IMG/VR virus record: IMGVR_UViG_3300020045_000613
Coordinates: 1-42,388 of that record
Reading direction: 5' to 3' (one strand)
DNA from: a virus
Lineage: Duplodnaviria; Caudoviricetes
DNA length: 42,388 nt
Positions 7,682 to 17,159 of this stretch are shown piece after piece. Made by a program: the position numbers and the translations under genes. The notes under the pieces are model-generated. The model had not been told where the DNA came from. It saw only the letters and a program-made list of their open reading frames with translations, and made no database searches. Every line of letters begins with the position of its first letter. The first letter of the stretch is position 1.

Positions 7682-8550
7682 GAACGATTAGCCAGCTTGT
7701 GTCTATCCCTAACAAGTACTTGTCTGATGATAAGCACTACGGTGTGGAAATTGAGGTAGAGGGTGAATGCTTGCCCAATCCCAACGATCATTCCATCTAT
7801 GGGTGGCGCATTGAGGAAGATAGCAGCCTCAAGACTAGCGAAGCATGGGAGTATGTCACTACTGGCCCCGACACCTTGGTTGGTATTCGTACTCGCCTTG
7901 ATCGTCTTGGTGAATGCTTCGATCAGCTTGACAGCACCATCCATGACAGTGTGCGAGCTGGCGTCCATGTGCATATGAATGTGCAGAGCTGGAACATGAA
8001 GCAGGTTATGACCTTCGCCATGTGCTACTACATCGTTGAGGATATCCTCCTCAAGTATTGTGGCAGCAATCGTGAGGGCAACCTCTTCACCCTGCGTACC
8101 AAGGATGCTGAGTTCATTCTCTTCAAGCTCCTTGAGATGCTTAAGGGCCGCAACCTTAAGGTACTTGAGACTGACATCATTCGCTATGCCTCTCTCAACT
8201 ACCTGTCTCTGTTCAAGTATGGCACCATCGAGTTCCGTGGCATGCGCTCCACTGGCAATCTCGATGACATCTACAAGTGGGTGGAGATTATCGACGAGCT
8301 TCGTCACACTAGTCAGGCATTGTTCCAGTCGCCTGTTGACGTCGTCAATGCTATGAGTGGTGACGGGGAAGAGAACTTCATTCGTAAGCTCTTCCCCAAC
8401 AACTATGCCATCATCCTCGCTGGTAACAATAGCTTCGAGATTAGTGTACGTCAGGCATGCCGTCGTGTTCAGATGATTGCATTCGGTGTTGACTGGACTG
8501 CATTGTCTCAGCCTAAGATCAACGTATTTAAGGAAGGGAACGGCCTCTAA
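7678..8550 (+). CDS. Putative amidoligase (Amidoligase_2, COOH-NH2 ligase fold)
   Basis: GVEIEVE, EDSSL, WEYV, AGVHVH, YASLN and TIEFR motifs. Confidence 0.88.
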   Translation: MRTISQLVSIPNKYLSDDKHYGVEIEVEGECLPNPNDHSIYGWRIEEDSSLKTSEAWEYVTTGPDTLVGIRTRLDRLGECFDQLDSTIHDSVRAGVHVHMNVQSWNMKQVMTFAMCYYIVEDILLKYCGSNREGNLFTLRTKDAEFILFKLLEMLKGRNLKVLETDIIRYASLNYLSLFKYGTIEFRGMRSTGNLDDIYKWVEIIDELRHTSQALFQSPVDVVNAMSGDGEENFIRKLFPNNYAIILAGNNSFEISVRQACRRVQMIAFGVDWTALSQPKINVFKEGNGL

Positions 8551-8570
8551 TGACTTTATTTCCTTTTTAC

Positions 8571-8600
8571 CTCACATAATTTTCACCAATCAGGTATATA
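8571..8600 (+). promoter_or_regulatory. Phage promoter motif CTCACA-N17-GTATATA upstream of an HNH gene
   Basis: CTCACA 8571-8576; GTATATA 8594-8600. Confidence 0.75.
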
Positions 8601-8631
8601 CTAATAGTCCCATAACCTATTGGAGTGTGCT

Positions 8632-9126
8632 ATGATTGGTGAAAAGTTTGGAAAGCTTGCTGTCTTAGAAGAGTCTTCGTTGAGAACGACAAAGAAGAGG
8701 GGCAAGCGTTACCTATGTCTGTGTGAATGTGGAAATGAAATTGTTGTAAGGAAAGACTGTCTTATAGGCGGTAACACAAGGAGTTGTGGTTGCTTGTTAG
8801 GTAGGATTATTAAACCAGTAAAGCCTAAAAATTATCATGGTATGACTCGTACTTCAATATATAATATTTACATTGCGATGATAGCTAGATGCTACAATAA
8901 AAACAATGAGAGGTATGCTGACTATGGTGGTCGTGGTATTAGTGTATGTCCTGAATGGTTTGAGTCTTTCCTAAATTTCTATAAAGATATGGGGGATCGG
9001 CCCGAAGGGCTAACACTTGATCGTAAAGATAACAATGGCAACTATGAGCCTGATAACTGTAGGTGGGCTACTAGAAAAGAGCAATCGAACAACAGAAGAA
9101 AGAGGAAAGACAGCAAATGCCAGTAA
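8632..9126 (+). CDS. Free-standing HNH homing endonuclease
   Basis: FGKLAVL, Cx[20 protein letters not shown] and [20 protein letters not shown] motifs; more AT-rich than flanks; TGGAG RBS. Confidence 0.9.
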   Translation: MIGEKFGKLAVLEESSLRTTKKRGKRYLCLCECGNEIVVRKDCLIGGNTRSCGCLLGRIIKPVKPKNYHGMTRTSIYNIYIAMIARCYNKNNERYADYGGRGISVCPEWFESFLNFYKDMGDRPEGLTLDRKDNNGNYEPDNCRWATRKEQSNNRRKRKDSKCQ

Positions 9127-9518
9127 TTTTCACATATGGCACGCTTAAGCGGCATGGCCATAACCACGGGGTGCTTGGCAATAGTATTTTTATTGACGAG
9201 GCCTTGACTAATAGCAAGGAGTTCACCATGTATGATGGAGGATTTCCTTTCGTATCGGACGAAACAGTTGATGAAGATGCAACAGGGAGTGTGATGGGTG
9301 AACTATTTCAAGTGGATGATGAGACTACCTTGGCTAACCTTGATCGCCTGGAAGGCGTCCCTAGTCTATATGTCAAGAGGGAGGTGGATGTTACGACAAT
9401 GCAAGGACTTAGTTACAAGGCGACTATCTACGTGGCCAGCAGAGGAAGCAACGAGCGTCTCAAGTCTCGTACTCCCATGCAACCCAAGGGGCGTGGGAAG
9501 GTATTGGAATGGCAATAA
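9117..9518 (+). CDS. Gamma-glutamylcyclotransferase (AIG2-like)
   Basis: FTYGTLK, GGFP, VMGELF and LDRLEG motifs. Confidence 0.9.
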   Translation: MPVIFTYGTLKRHGHNHGVLGNSIFIDEALTNSKEFTMYDGGFPFVSDETVDEDATGSVMGELFQVDDETTLANLDRLEGVPSLYVKREVDVTTMQGLSYKATIYVASRGSNERLKSRTPMQPKGRGKVLEWQ

Positions 9519-10282
9519 TGGCTAAGACATATCTATTCCCATATAAGGACGGCTCTGCCTCTGCTAAGGCCCTCGCTACAGCGCTAGGTATCAAGCGTAT
9601 CAAGCGAGAGGGCTCTCACTACAAGGCTAAGGTTGGTAAGACAGTTATCAACTGGGGATGCAGTGAGATTCCCATGTCCATCATGTCTCATCCTGCTCAG
9701 GTGGTAAATAACCCGGGCTTGGTTAAGGCTGTAACGAATAAGCTTACGTTCTTTCAGATGATGGAGCCTGAGTTAGTCGTACCTTGGACTGAAGATGGGG
9801 CTGAGGTAGCTCAATGGTTGCGAGAAGGTAAGACTGTAGTAGCTCGCACCATTCTTAATGGGCATTCGGGAGCTGGCATCTCTATACTACAAGGGGCCGA
9901 TGAGATTATCGAGGCTCCCTTGTATACACTCTACGTCCCCAAGAAGCATGAATATCGTGTGCATTGTTGGGCTGGTGGTGTGTTTGACGTACAGCAGAAG
10001 AAGCGTAAGGCTGATGTAGCTGACAATGATGTTGATTGGCGTGTACGTAATCTGGCTGGTGGATTTATTTACGCCAGAGATGATCTAAATGTACCTCAGT
10101 GCGTAAGAGATGTAGCATTGAAAGTTTTTCAGGCCACGGGCCTTGATTTCGGTGCTGTTGACATTATCTATAACGAGAAGAATGACAGAGCCTATGCTCT
10201 GGAGATTAACACCGCCCCCGGCTTGTCCGGGACTACACTGGATAAGTATGTTGAGATGTTCAGGGAGATGTTGAATGAATGA
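9518..10282 (+). CDS. ATP-grasp peptide ligase (RimK-like)
   Basis: INWG, NKL, GHSGAGI, EYRVH, GLDFGAVDII and LEINTAPGL motifs. Confidence 0.9.
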   Translation: MAKTYLFPYKDGSASAKALATALGIKRIKREGSHYKAKVGKTVINWGCSEIPMSIMSHPAQVVNNPGLVKAVTNKLTFFQMMEPELVVPWTEDGAEVAQWLREGKTVVARTILNGHSGAGISILQGADEIIEAPLYTLYVPKKHEYRVHCWAGGVFDVQQKKRKADVADNDVDWRVRNLAGGFIYARDDLNVPQCVRDVALKVFQATGLDFGAVDIIYNEKNDRAYALEINTAPGLSGTTLDKYVEMFREMLNE

Positions 10283-10550
10283 AGGCGACGTATATGTATT
10301 CAAATCTGTAGACAGTAACTCTACAGGCGGGCCTAAGTTTATCGGCTACTTCGTACTAGAGGGCAAGCTCCTTGGTATTCGGTTTGAAGAAGACACCGAA
10401 GAAGAGGTTAGACGTAAGGCTATCGCTATGTTTGAAGAGACACGAGACAAGCGTGAACAGACTCGTGCTAACATCGAGGAAGGCAGACGTAAGGCTGCTG
10501 AGACAAGGGCCAAGAAGATTATAAAGTCTCAGATGCCAGAAATTTCCTAG
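10275..10550 (+). CDS. Hypothetical protein (91 aa)
   Basis: GGGAG RBS; overlaps the upstream stop. Confidence 0.75.
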   Translation: MNEGDVYVFKSVDSNSTGGPKFIGYFVLEGKLLGIRFEEDTEEEVRRKAIAMFEETRDKREQTRANIEEGRRKAAETRAKKIIKSQMPEIS

Positions 10551-10575
10551 AAAAATAACAAGGCTTTTATAGAAA

Positions 10576-10809
10576 ATGAAAATTCAAATTTACGGCAGCC
10601 CTACATGCAAGTTTTGCAACGATGCCAAGTCTTTGTTAGACGACAAGGGCATCGAATACAATTACATTGACCTTAAGGACGTGCCTCTGACCTATCGACA
10701 AAAGATTCTTAGAGATAGCGGCATGAGTACAGTACCTATCGTCAAGGTGGACGAGATTTACATCGGTGGCTTCACCCAATTGGAGAAATATATTAATGGA
10801 CTTCAGTGA
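10576..10809 (+). CDS. Glutaredoxin
   Basis: CKFC, TVP and IGGF motifs. Confidence 0.9.
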   Translation: MKIQIYGSPTCKFCNDAKSLLDDKGIEYNYIDLKDVPLTYRQKILRDSGMSTVPIVKVDEIYIGGFTQLEKYINGLQ

Positions 10810-11077
10810 ATACCAAAATTCTGTAAAGAATATGCCTCTCTATGACGATCCAGTGCTTGGCCTCATAGGTGAGGTGGGAGAGGTGGTGGAGCACATCAAG
10901 AAGAGCAGGCGACCAGCCCCCAAGACCAAGCCAATCAACCATGAGGAGCTTGCTCTGGAGCTTGGAGACGTGCTCTGGTATCTCACCCGCCTAGCTTCTC
11001 AATATGGCATCAGTATTGAGGACATTGCCAGTATGAACATTGCAAAATTGGAGAAGCGGCATGGCCAATCGAATTAG
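10796..11077 (+). CDS. mazG: MazG-like nucleotide pyrophosphohydrolase
   Basis: GLIGEVGEVVE, ELGDVLWY and NIAKL motifs; GGAG RBS. Confidence 0.88.
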   Translation: MDFSEYQNSVKNMPLYDDPVLGLIGEVGEVVEHIKKSRRPAPKTKPINHEELALELGDVLWYLTRLASQYGISIEDIASMNIAKLEKRHGQSN

Positions 11078-11273
11078 TATTGATATCGAGTCGGACAACA
11101 ACGAAATCAACGGCTACATTGACGTTGAGTACAAGGGCGACGGTAAATACAGCTATTCTTTCAACTTTGACAAGCCCGGTGAGGGAATTTATGTAGATAA
11201 TGGGGGCAATGCCCTTGAAATTACCTCAGCAATCACCACATTGGTGTTAGAGGCACTAAAGAAAGGGACATAA
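11061..11273 (+). CDS. Hypothetical protein (70 aa)
   Basis: GGAG RBS; TAATG coupling to the primase. Confidence 0.7.
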   Translation: MANRISIDIESDNNEINGYIDVEYKGDGKYSYSFNFDKPGEGIYVDNGGNALEITSAITTLVLEALKKGT

Positions 11274-12985
11274 TGGCTGGAATTTGCATTGACAAGATTC
11301 CACATAGCTGTGGCACTAGAAAAGGGCTTCAGGTCTTCGTCGATGAAGATAAGAACATCAATGGCTTCTGTTTTTCGTGTGGTACATACGTAGCCGACCC
11401 TTATGGCACTGGTGAGACTAAATTCACTGGTGAGATTAAGATTAAGACCGATGAAGAGAAAGAGGAAGAGTTATATGAGATCGCCACCTACCCTACCGTT
11501 GACATCAAGACAAGGAAGCTTAGGGCAGACACACTTGAACTTTTCGGTGTCAGAACCTCCCTATCTGAATCTGATGGTGTCACTCCAACAGCGGCGTACT
11601 ACCCGTACCGAAAGTCAGGCAAGATTTCTGGCTATCGTGTCAAAACACTTGATGGCAGCAAGAAATTCTACTCTATCGGTGATCTAAAGGACGTAGACTT
11701 GTTTGGATGGGACAAAGCTATCTCTATGGGGGCTAAGCGTCTCATCATTACCGAAGGTGAGGACGATGCTATCGCCCTTACACGTATTATTGAGCTGAAC
11801 ACTAAGACTGAGTGGAAAGACAACATGCCTGCTGTCGTGTCCCTTACACACGGCTCAGGCAGTGCTAAGAAGTGTCTCACTAAGGCTAAGAACGAAATCA
11901 GTAAGCACTTCCGAGAGGTTGTGTTCTGTTTCGATCAAGATGAGCCCGGTGAGAAGGCGGTAAGGGAAGCCCTACTCGTGCTTCCTCAGGCTCGTGTAGC
12001 CAACCTGCCGTACAAGGATGCTCAGGAGTGTCTAGCTAAGGGCTTCGGTAAGGCAGCATTCAAGGCAGTAACCTTCAATATTCAGGATGCTAAGAACACT
12101 AAGCTTGTGTTCGGTGCTGATCTGCATGAAGAAGGGCGTAAAGAACCTACATGGGGTGATCTAACGTGGCCTTGGGAACGTCTTAATCAAGCTACTCGTG
12201 GCATTAGATATGGAGAAACAATCTATATCGGTGCTGGTGTTAAGATGGGTAAGAGTGAGATTGTTAATGCCCTAGCTGCTCATTTTATTACAAGCAGTGG
12301 TGTCAAAGTGTTCATGGCCAAACCTGAGGAGTCAAATGTTAAATCCTATAAGCTTCTCGCGGGAAAGGTGGTTGGACGTGTCTTCCACGACCCCAAGCGA
12401 GATTTTGATTACGAGGCTTACGACGCTGCAGGTAAAATCCTTGAAGATAAAGTTGCAATGGTCAACCTATACCAACATTTGGGATGGGAAACCCTTAAGT
12501 CAGACATTATATCTGCTGTGGAATGGGGAGCAAAAGTTATCTTCATTGATCCTATTACCAACCTCACCAATGGGGAGGCAAGTGGGGATGCTAATAGTAA
12601 ACTACAAGAGATTAGCCAAGAGCTGGCGTCTATGGCGATGGATTACAAAATTGTTATCTTCATCTTCTGCCATCTCAAAGCCCCCGAAGGCAACATAGCC
12701 AAAGAAAAGAGGGAGAAGTCCTATCACGACGGTAAATATATTGGCCTTGGCAATTGTCCTCACGAGTATGGCGGGGACATTTATTCTTCTCAGTTCGCTG
12801 GCTCCCGTGCCATGATGCGAAGCTGCCATTTGATGATCGGTATCGAAGGGAACAAAGACCCCGATCTTACAGACGAGATTAGGAACATGCGTCACATTAA
12901 GTTGCTTGAAGACCGAGAGTTCGGTGAGACAGGCACCTTCCCCATATACTGGAATCGTGACACCACATTGTTCCAAGAAGCATAA
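11273..12985 (+). CDS. T7 gp4-like DNA primase-helicase
   Basis: Zn-binding CFSC; TOPRIM ITEGEDD and FDQDEPG; Walker A GVKMGKS; IFIDP; GSRAM. Confidence 0.95.
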   Translation: MAGICIDKIPHSCGTRKGLQVFVDEDKNINGFCFSCGTYVADPYGTGETKFTGEIKIKTDEEKEEELYEIATYPTVDIKTRKLRADTLELFGVRTSLSESDGVTPTAAYYPYRKSGKISGYRVKTLDGSKKFYSIGDLKDVDLFGWDKAISMGAKRLIITEGEDDAIALTRIIELNTKTEWKDNMPAVVSLTHGSGSAKKCLTKAKNEISKHFREVVFCFDQDEPGEKAVREALLVLPQARVANLPYKDAQECLAKGFGKAAFKAVTFNIQDAKNTKLVFGADLHEEGRKEPTWGDLTWPWERLNQATRGIRYGETIYIGAGVKMGKSEIVNALAAHFITSSGVKVFMAKPEESNVKSYKLLAGKVVGRVFHDPKRDFDYEAYDAAGKILEDKVAMVNLYQHLGWETLKSDIISAVEWGAKVIFIDPITNLTNGEASGDANSKLQEISQELASMAMDYKIVIFIFCHLKAPEGNIAKEKREKSYHDGKYIGLGNCPHEYGGDIYSSQFAGSRAMMRSCHLMIGIEGNKDPDLTDEIRNMRHIKLLEDREFGETGTFPIYWNRDTTLFQEA

Positions 12986-12994
12986 AGGAATATT

Positions 12995-13456
12995 ATGAAA
13001 TACCTAGACGCTTACTTTAGGGAGAATTACAATAAGCTAGTGAAGATGGCTCGTTATCGTGTTGATGGCTACTCTCTTGCATCAGCAGAGGATGCTGTAC
13101 AGGAGGCTTTCTATAGGGCATGTCGTTATCATCGTACCTTCCGAGAGGGTGAAGACCTTAACAACTGGTTCAGAGGCATCCTCCATAACACAATCAATAC
13201 GATTAAAGAGGGAGAAAGAAACCGAGGCGTAGTATATCGTGACGACCTAGAGACTCGGGTTGTGGAGATTCAAGACAAGCTTGAGGTTCCTACACATGTC
13301 AGTGAGCTACTGCACAGTGCTTCATCCCGCGATCAGGAGATTTTAAACATGAGGTTCTTCTTTGGCTTCAAGACACGAGAGATACACGAGCTATTGAACG
13401 TCAGCCATGACGTTGTTCGTGACGTAATTCGTCGCTTCAAGACCAAGCTTCGCTGA
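12995..13456 (+). CDS. ECF-like RNA polymerase sigma factor
   Basis: Region 2 AEDAVQEAF...NNWFRGILHN; region 4 HTH GFKTREIHELLNVSHDVVRDVIRR. Confidence 0.88.
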   Translation: MKYLDAYFRENYNKLVKMARYRVDGYSLASAEDAVQEAFYRACRYHRTFREGEDLNNWFRGILHNTINTIKEGERNRGVVYRDDLETRVVEIQDKLEVPTHVSELLHSASSRDQEILNMRFFFGFKTREIHELLNVSHDVVRDVIRRFKTKLR

Positions 13457-13551
13457 TGCTATATTATTGGCAATACATTAGGAGCTTTCTATATGTCGTA
13501 ACACCATATGTTATTGTAGCATTGATTTTGTCAGGAGATGTTCTTAAATGA
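13456..13551 (+). CDS. Small hydrophobic peptide (31 aa, MLYYWQYIRSFLYVVTPYVIVALILSGDVLK)
   Basis: TGATG overlap upstream and ATGA overlap with the polymerase start; fills the gap exactly. Confidence 0.5.
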   Translation: MLYYWQYIRSFLYVVTPYVIVALILSGDVLK

Positions 13552-15422
13552 TAAGAGGCTGGGTGTTGGACATCGAGACTGATGGACTTGACCCAACAAA
13601 GATTCACTGTCTATCGGTTAATGATGGTAAGCTAAAGTCTACAAGCAATTACGATAACATGAGAAGATTCTTCTCTAAGGCTTCTGTCTTAGTAGGCCAC
13701 AATCTGATAAGATATGATATACCAGCGGTAGAGAAACTATTGGAGATTAAAGTTGATGCTCTTCTTGTTGATACTCTTGCTCTTAGTTGGTATCTGTATC
13801 CAGATATTGTTCTTCATGGCTTGGAATCGTGGGGCACCTACTTCGGAGTAGAGAAGCCACCTATCACTGATTGGGAAAACCTCACCGTTGAGGAATACAT
13901 TCATCGTTGTGAAGAAGATGTTAAGATCAACACACTCCTATGGGAGAAGATGTGGCGTGACTTATCGGTCATCTACGACGATGAGGAAAGCATATGGAAC
14001 TTCATTCGCTATCTGTCTGACAAGATGGACTGTGCTAGAGAACAAGAAAGAAGCAGATGGAAACTAGACGTTGATAGATGCAGAACAGAACTTGACCAAC
14101 TACTTGCAATTCAGGCTGAAACTATGGCAAAGCTTACGGCAGCGATGCCTAAAGTTAGGAAATACGTTACCAAGCCCCGACCAGCAGCGCCATTTAAAAA
14201 GGATGGAACGTATTCTACGCATGGAGCTAACTGGTTTGCAGAAGTTGCAAGACAGCATCCAGATTGGACGAGAGAACAAGTAGAGAAACATAACGAACCG
14301 ATTGATGTCTTCCACCACGAGGATGACCCCAATCCCAATAGCCACGATCAGAAGAAGGATTGGTTGTACTCATATGGGTGGAAGCCAGAGACGTTTAAGT
14401 ATGACAGAGACAAAGAGACTGGAGAGACTAGGGCTATCCCTCAAATTAATCTTGAGCATGGCGCTGGCATCTGCCCTAGTGTCAGTAAGCTATACCACCT
14501 TGAGCCCAGCCTTGAGCTTATCGAAGGGATGGGTGTTCTACAGCATCGTATTGGCATTCTTAACGGGTTCGTCCGTGACAGCGACAGTGAAGGATATCTT
14601 AAAGCATCTATCGCAGGACTGACGAATACACTTCGATTCAAACATAAAGAGATAGTTAACCTCCCTAAGGTCGGTAAACCCTATGGGGATGTTATTCGTG
14701 GCGTCCTTATAGCTCCTGAAGGGTACGAGCTATGTGGCTCGGATATGAACAGCCTTGAAGATAGGCTTAAGCAACACTACATCTATCCACACGACCCCGA
14801 CTACGTTAACGACATGAACAGGAGCGACTATGATCCCCATCTTAGCCTTGCTGTGTTGGCTGGGGCTATCAACCCTCAACAGATGCAGGCTTACATTGAC
14901 GGAACTGATAAGAGTATTAAGCCAATACGAGACATCTTCAAGAGCGGAAACTACGCATGTCAATACGGTGCTGGCCCACCTAGGCTCGCCCTTACGGCAG
15001 ACGTATCCTTAGCTGAAGCCAAGAAGGTACATAAGGCCTATTGGAATATGAATTGGGCTATCAAGAAGGTGGCATCTGAACAACGTATCAAGAAGATCAA
15101 TGGGCTCATGTGGCTACTCAACCCTATCAGTGGCTTCTGGTATTCGTTACGATATGAGAAGGACATCTTCTCCACACTAGTACAAGGGAGTGCATCATAT
15201 GTTTTTGATCGTTGGCTTAGTATTTTTCGTGCCATTCGACCTCAGCTCACTGCTCAGTTCCACGATGAATGTGTCCTCTGCATTAAGATTGGCACAGGAG
15301 TCAGAGAGAAATGCACGGCGCTGCTCCAAGGAGCAATTAGAACACTTAATGAAGAACTACAACTCAACCGTGAACTAGGCGTTGATGTACAGTTTGGTTC
15401 ACGTTACAGCGATATCCACTAA
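13548..15422 (+). CDS. polA: Family A DNA polymerase with 3'-5' exonuclease domain
   Basis: Exo I DIET, Exo II HNLIRYD; motif A DMNSLEDR; motif B KSGNYACQYG (Tyr at the 762-equivalent position); motif C FHDE. Confidence 0.96.
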   Translation: MIRGWVLDIETDGLDPTKIHCLSVNDGKLKSTSNYDNMRRFFSKASVLVGHNLIRYDIPAVEKLLEIKVDALLVDTLALSWYLYPDIVLHGLESWGTYFGVEKPPITDWENLTVEEYIHRCEEDVKINTLLWEKMWRDLSVIYDDEESIWNFIRYLSDKMDCAREQERSRWKLDVDRCRTELDQLLAIQAETMAKLTAAMPKVRKYVTKPRPAAPFKKDGTYSTHGANWFAEVARQHPDWTREQVEKHNEPIDVFHHEDDPNPNSHDQKKDWLYSYGWKPETFKYDRDKETGETRAIPQINLEHGAGICPSVSKLYHLEPSLELIEGMGVLQHRIGILNGFVRDSDSEGYLKASIAGLTNTLRFKHKEIVNLPKVGKPYGDVIRGVLIAPEGYELCGSDMNSLEDRLKQHYIYPHDPDYVNDMNRSDYDPHLSLAVLAGAINPQQMQAYIDGTDKSIKPIRDIFKSGNYACQYGAGPPRLALTADVSLAEAKKVHKAYWNMNWAIKKVASEQRIKKINGLMWLLNPISGFWYSLRYEKDIFSTLVQGSASYVFDRWLSIFRAIRPQLTAQFHDECVLCIKIGTGVREKCTALLQGAIRTLNEELQLNRELGVDVQFGSRYSDIH

Positions 15423-15437
15423 GAAAGGAAATACATT

Positions 15438-16187
15438 TTGGCTTTGAATGCTAAGAAGATTAAGTCTACGTCTAACGGCCCTAAGGCTCCATTGCTTGAC
15501 GAGGGTGCCTATCCTGCTCGTCTCGTAGCAGTGATTGACCTTGGCCTCCAGCCCCAGTCCTATCAGGGTGAGACTAAGCCCCCTAAGGATGAGCTTCAGA
15601 TCATTTACGAACTGACTGATGAGTTCATGCCTGATGAAGATGGTGAGCCTGATGAGAGCAAGCCCCGCTGGATGTGGGAATCGTTCGCTCTGAACAACCT
15701 CGGTAGTGACAAGGCTAAGTCCACTGCTCGCTACTATGCTCTCGATCCTAATGAGGAACATGAGGGTGACTGGGCACAGCTTCTCGGTGCTCCTGTTATC
15801 GTTGCTGTCACTAAGACTAAGGGCCGTGACGATAATGAATACAACAATGTAGGCTCCACCTCTACGATGCGGGCTAAGGAAGTGGCTAAGCTCCCTGAGC
15901 TGGTCAATGACCCCATCTTGTTTGATATGTCTGCACCTAACCTTGAGGTGTTCCTTGCCCTTCCTGATCGTATCCAGACCAAGATCAAGGAGAGCCTGAG
16001 CTTCGGTGGCTCTACCATTGAGAAGCTTCTTAAGGAGCATAAGGGTGGGGGCAAGAAGAAGGAAGAAGTCCCTACGAACAAAGAAGCTGCCCCGGATGTA
16101 AAGTCTGGTGCGGACAAGACTGCATCCCGTGGTGAGGCTAAGGCCGATCTATCCCCTTCTGATGAGGAGACTGACTCTGACTGGTAA
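15438..16187 (+). CDS. Probable single-stranded DNA-binding protein
   Basis: TTG start with AGGA RBS; GAYPARLVAVIDLG; acidic tail ending in an aromatic residue (DEETDSDW); follows the polymerase. Confidence 0.7.
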   Translation: MALNAKKIKSTSNGPKAPLLDEGAYPARLVAVIDLGLQPQSYQGETKPPKDELQIIYELTDEFMPDEDGEPDESKPRWMWESFALNNLGSDKAKSTARYYALDPNEEHEGDWAQLLGAPVIVAVTKTKGRDDNEYNNVGSTSTMRAKEVAKLPELVNDPILFDMSAPNLEVFLALPDRIQTKIKESLSFGGSTIEKLLKEHKGGGKKKEEVPTNKEAAPDVKSGADKTASRGEAKADLSPSDEETDSDW

Positions 16188-16452
16188 TATCGTAGAGTTT
16201 AGACAAGATAAGAAGAAGGAAGACGAACAGCCCCCTGAAAAGGGGAATGTTCTAGTAAGTATGACCATCAGAGACGATGGTAGCCTTAGTGTATGGGTGA
16301 GCCATGCTGTTCAATCAGACATTGAAATTGATTGGATCAAGGAGATGGCATTCAATGCCGTCTTCACCCTAGGCCAGCAGCTTGAAGAGTTAGATGACAG
16401 ATATGTTGAACATACGATGGAAGAGAGAGATTTAGATGACCTCAATGATTAA
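16177..16452 (+). CDS. Hypothetical protein; start uncertain (CTG 16177 or ATG 16162)
   Basis: GAGGAG sits at SD distance from CTG 16177, giving (M)TGNIVEFRQ. Confidence 0.6.
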   Translation: MTGNIVEFRQDKKKEDEQPPEKGNVLVSMTIRDDGSLSVWVSHAVQSDIEIDWIKEMAFNAVFTLGQQLEELDDRYVEHTMEERDLDDLND

Positions 16453-16747
16453 GAGCAATGACTTCGTTCGTATCCGTAACAAGAAGCTCGGTAAGGAAGG
16501 CCTCGACTATGGCTCTATCGTATACGTGGCAGCTACACAGGCTTTCCCCTTGAAGGAAAGCGATCAGTATACACTGCGTGTCAAGCTGTTCGTTCATAAG
16601 CTCGATGGTGATAGTGTTGATATTAAGGGAGGCATCTTCGTCATTGATCCTCGCTCTGTCAAGCCCTTGTCCGAAGAAGAGAATGCCGAGCTTCTCTCCA
16701 TCCTCTCTACTGATGTAGAGGTAGAGGCGAATGCAGCCACTGATTGA
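16436..16747 (+). CDS. Hypothetical protein (~100 aa)
   Basis: Phage-like codon usage; overlapping packing. Confidence 0.75.
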   Translation: MTSMIKSNDFVRIRNKKLGKEGLDYGSIVYVAATQAFPLKESDQYTLRVKLFVHKLDGDSVDIKGGIFVIDPRSVKPLSEEENAELLSILSTDVEVEANAATD

Positions 16748-17159
16748 TGGCTTTAAACGCTGTCGGGTTTGTAAAGAAGTTAAGTCTATCTCTGCTTATC
16801 ACCCCAACAAACAATGTTCTCAGGGTGTAACTGGCACATGCAAGCCTTGCTCTATGGTGAGGGTCCAACAATGGTATGCTGACAATAGAAGCAGAAGACA
16901 AGACGTAGCCAATACTAGGAACCGTGCCCGTAAGAAAATGATCGTTGAACATTTTGGTAACAAGTGTAATGATTGTGAACAAACATTTCCTCAGTATGTC
17001 TACGAGTTTCACCATCTTGATCCTAAACAAAAAGATGTTAACCCCTCTAAAGCTATAGGCTACGGGGAAGAAAAGATGTGGAAGGAGTTAAACAATTGCG
17101 TCATGTTGTGTTCTAACTGCCACAAGATTAGACATTATGGGCTAGGAGAATTGGGATGA
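16731..17159 (+). CDS. HNH endonuclease with N-terminal Zn finger (probable homing endonuclease)
   Basis: CRVC, CKPC, CNDC, EFHHLDP and LCSNCHKIRH motifs. Confidence 0.85.
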   Translation: MQPLIDGFKRCRVCKEVKSISAYHPNKQCSQGVTGTCKPCSMVRVQQWYADNRSRRQDVANTRNRARKKMIVEHFGNKCNDCEQTFPQYVYEFHHLDPKQKDVNPSKAIGYGEEKMWKELNNCVMLCSNCHKIRHYGLGELG

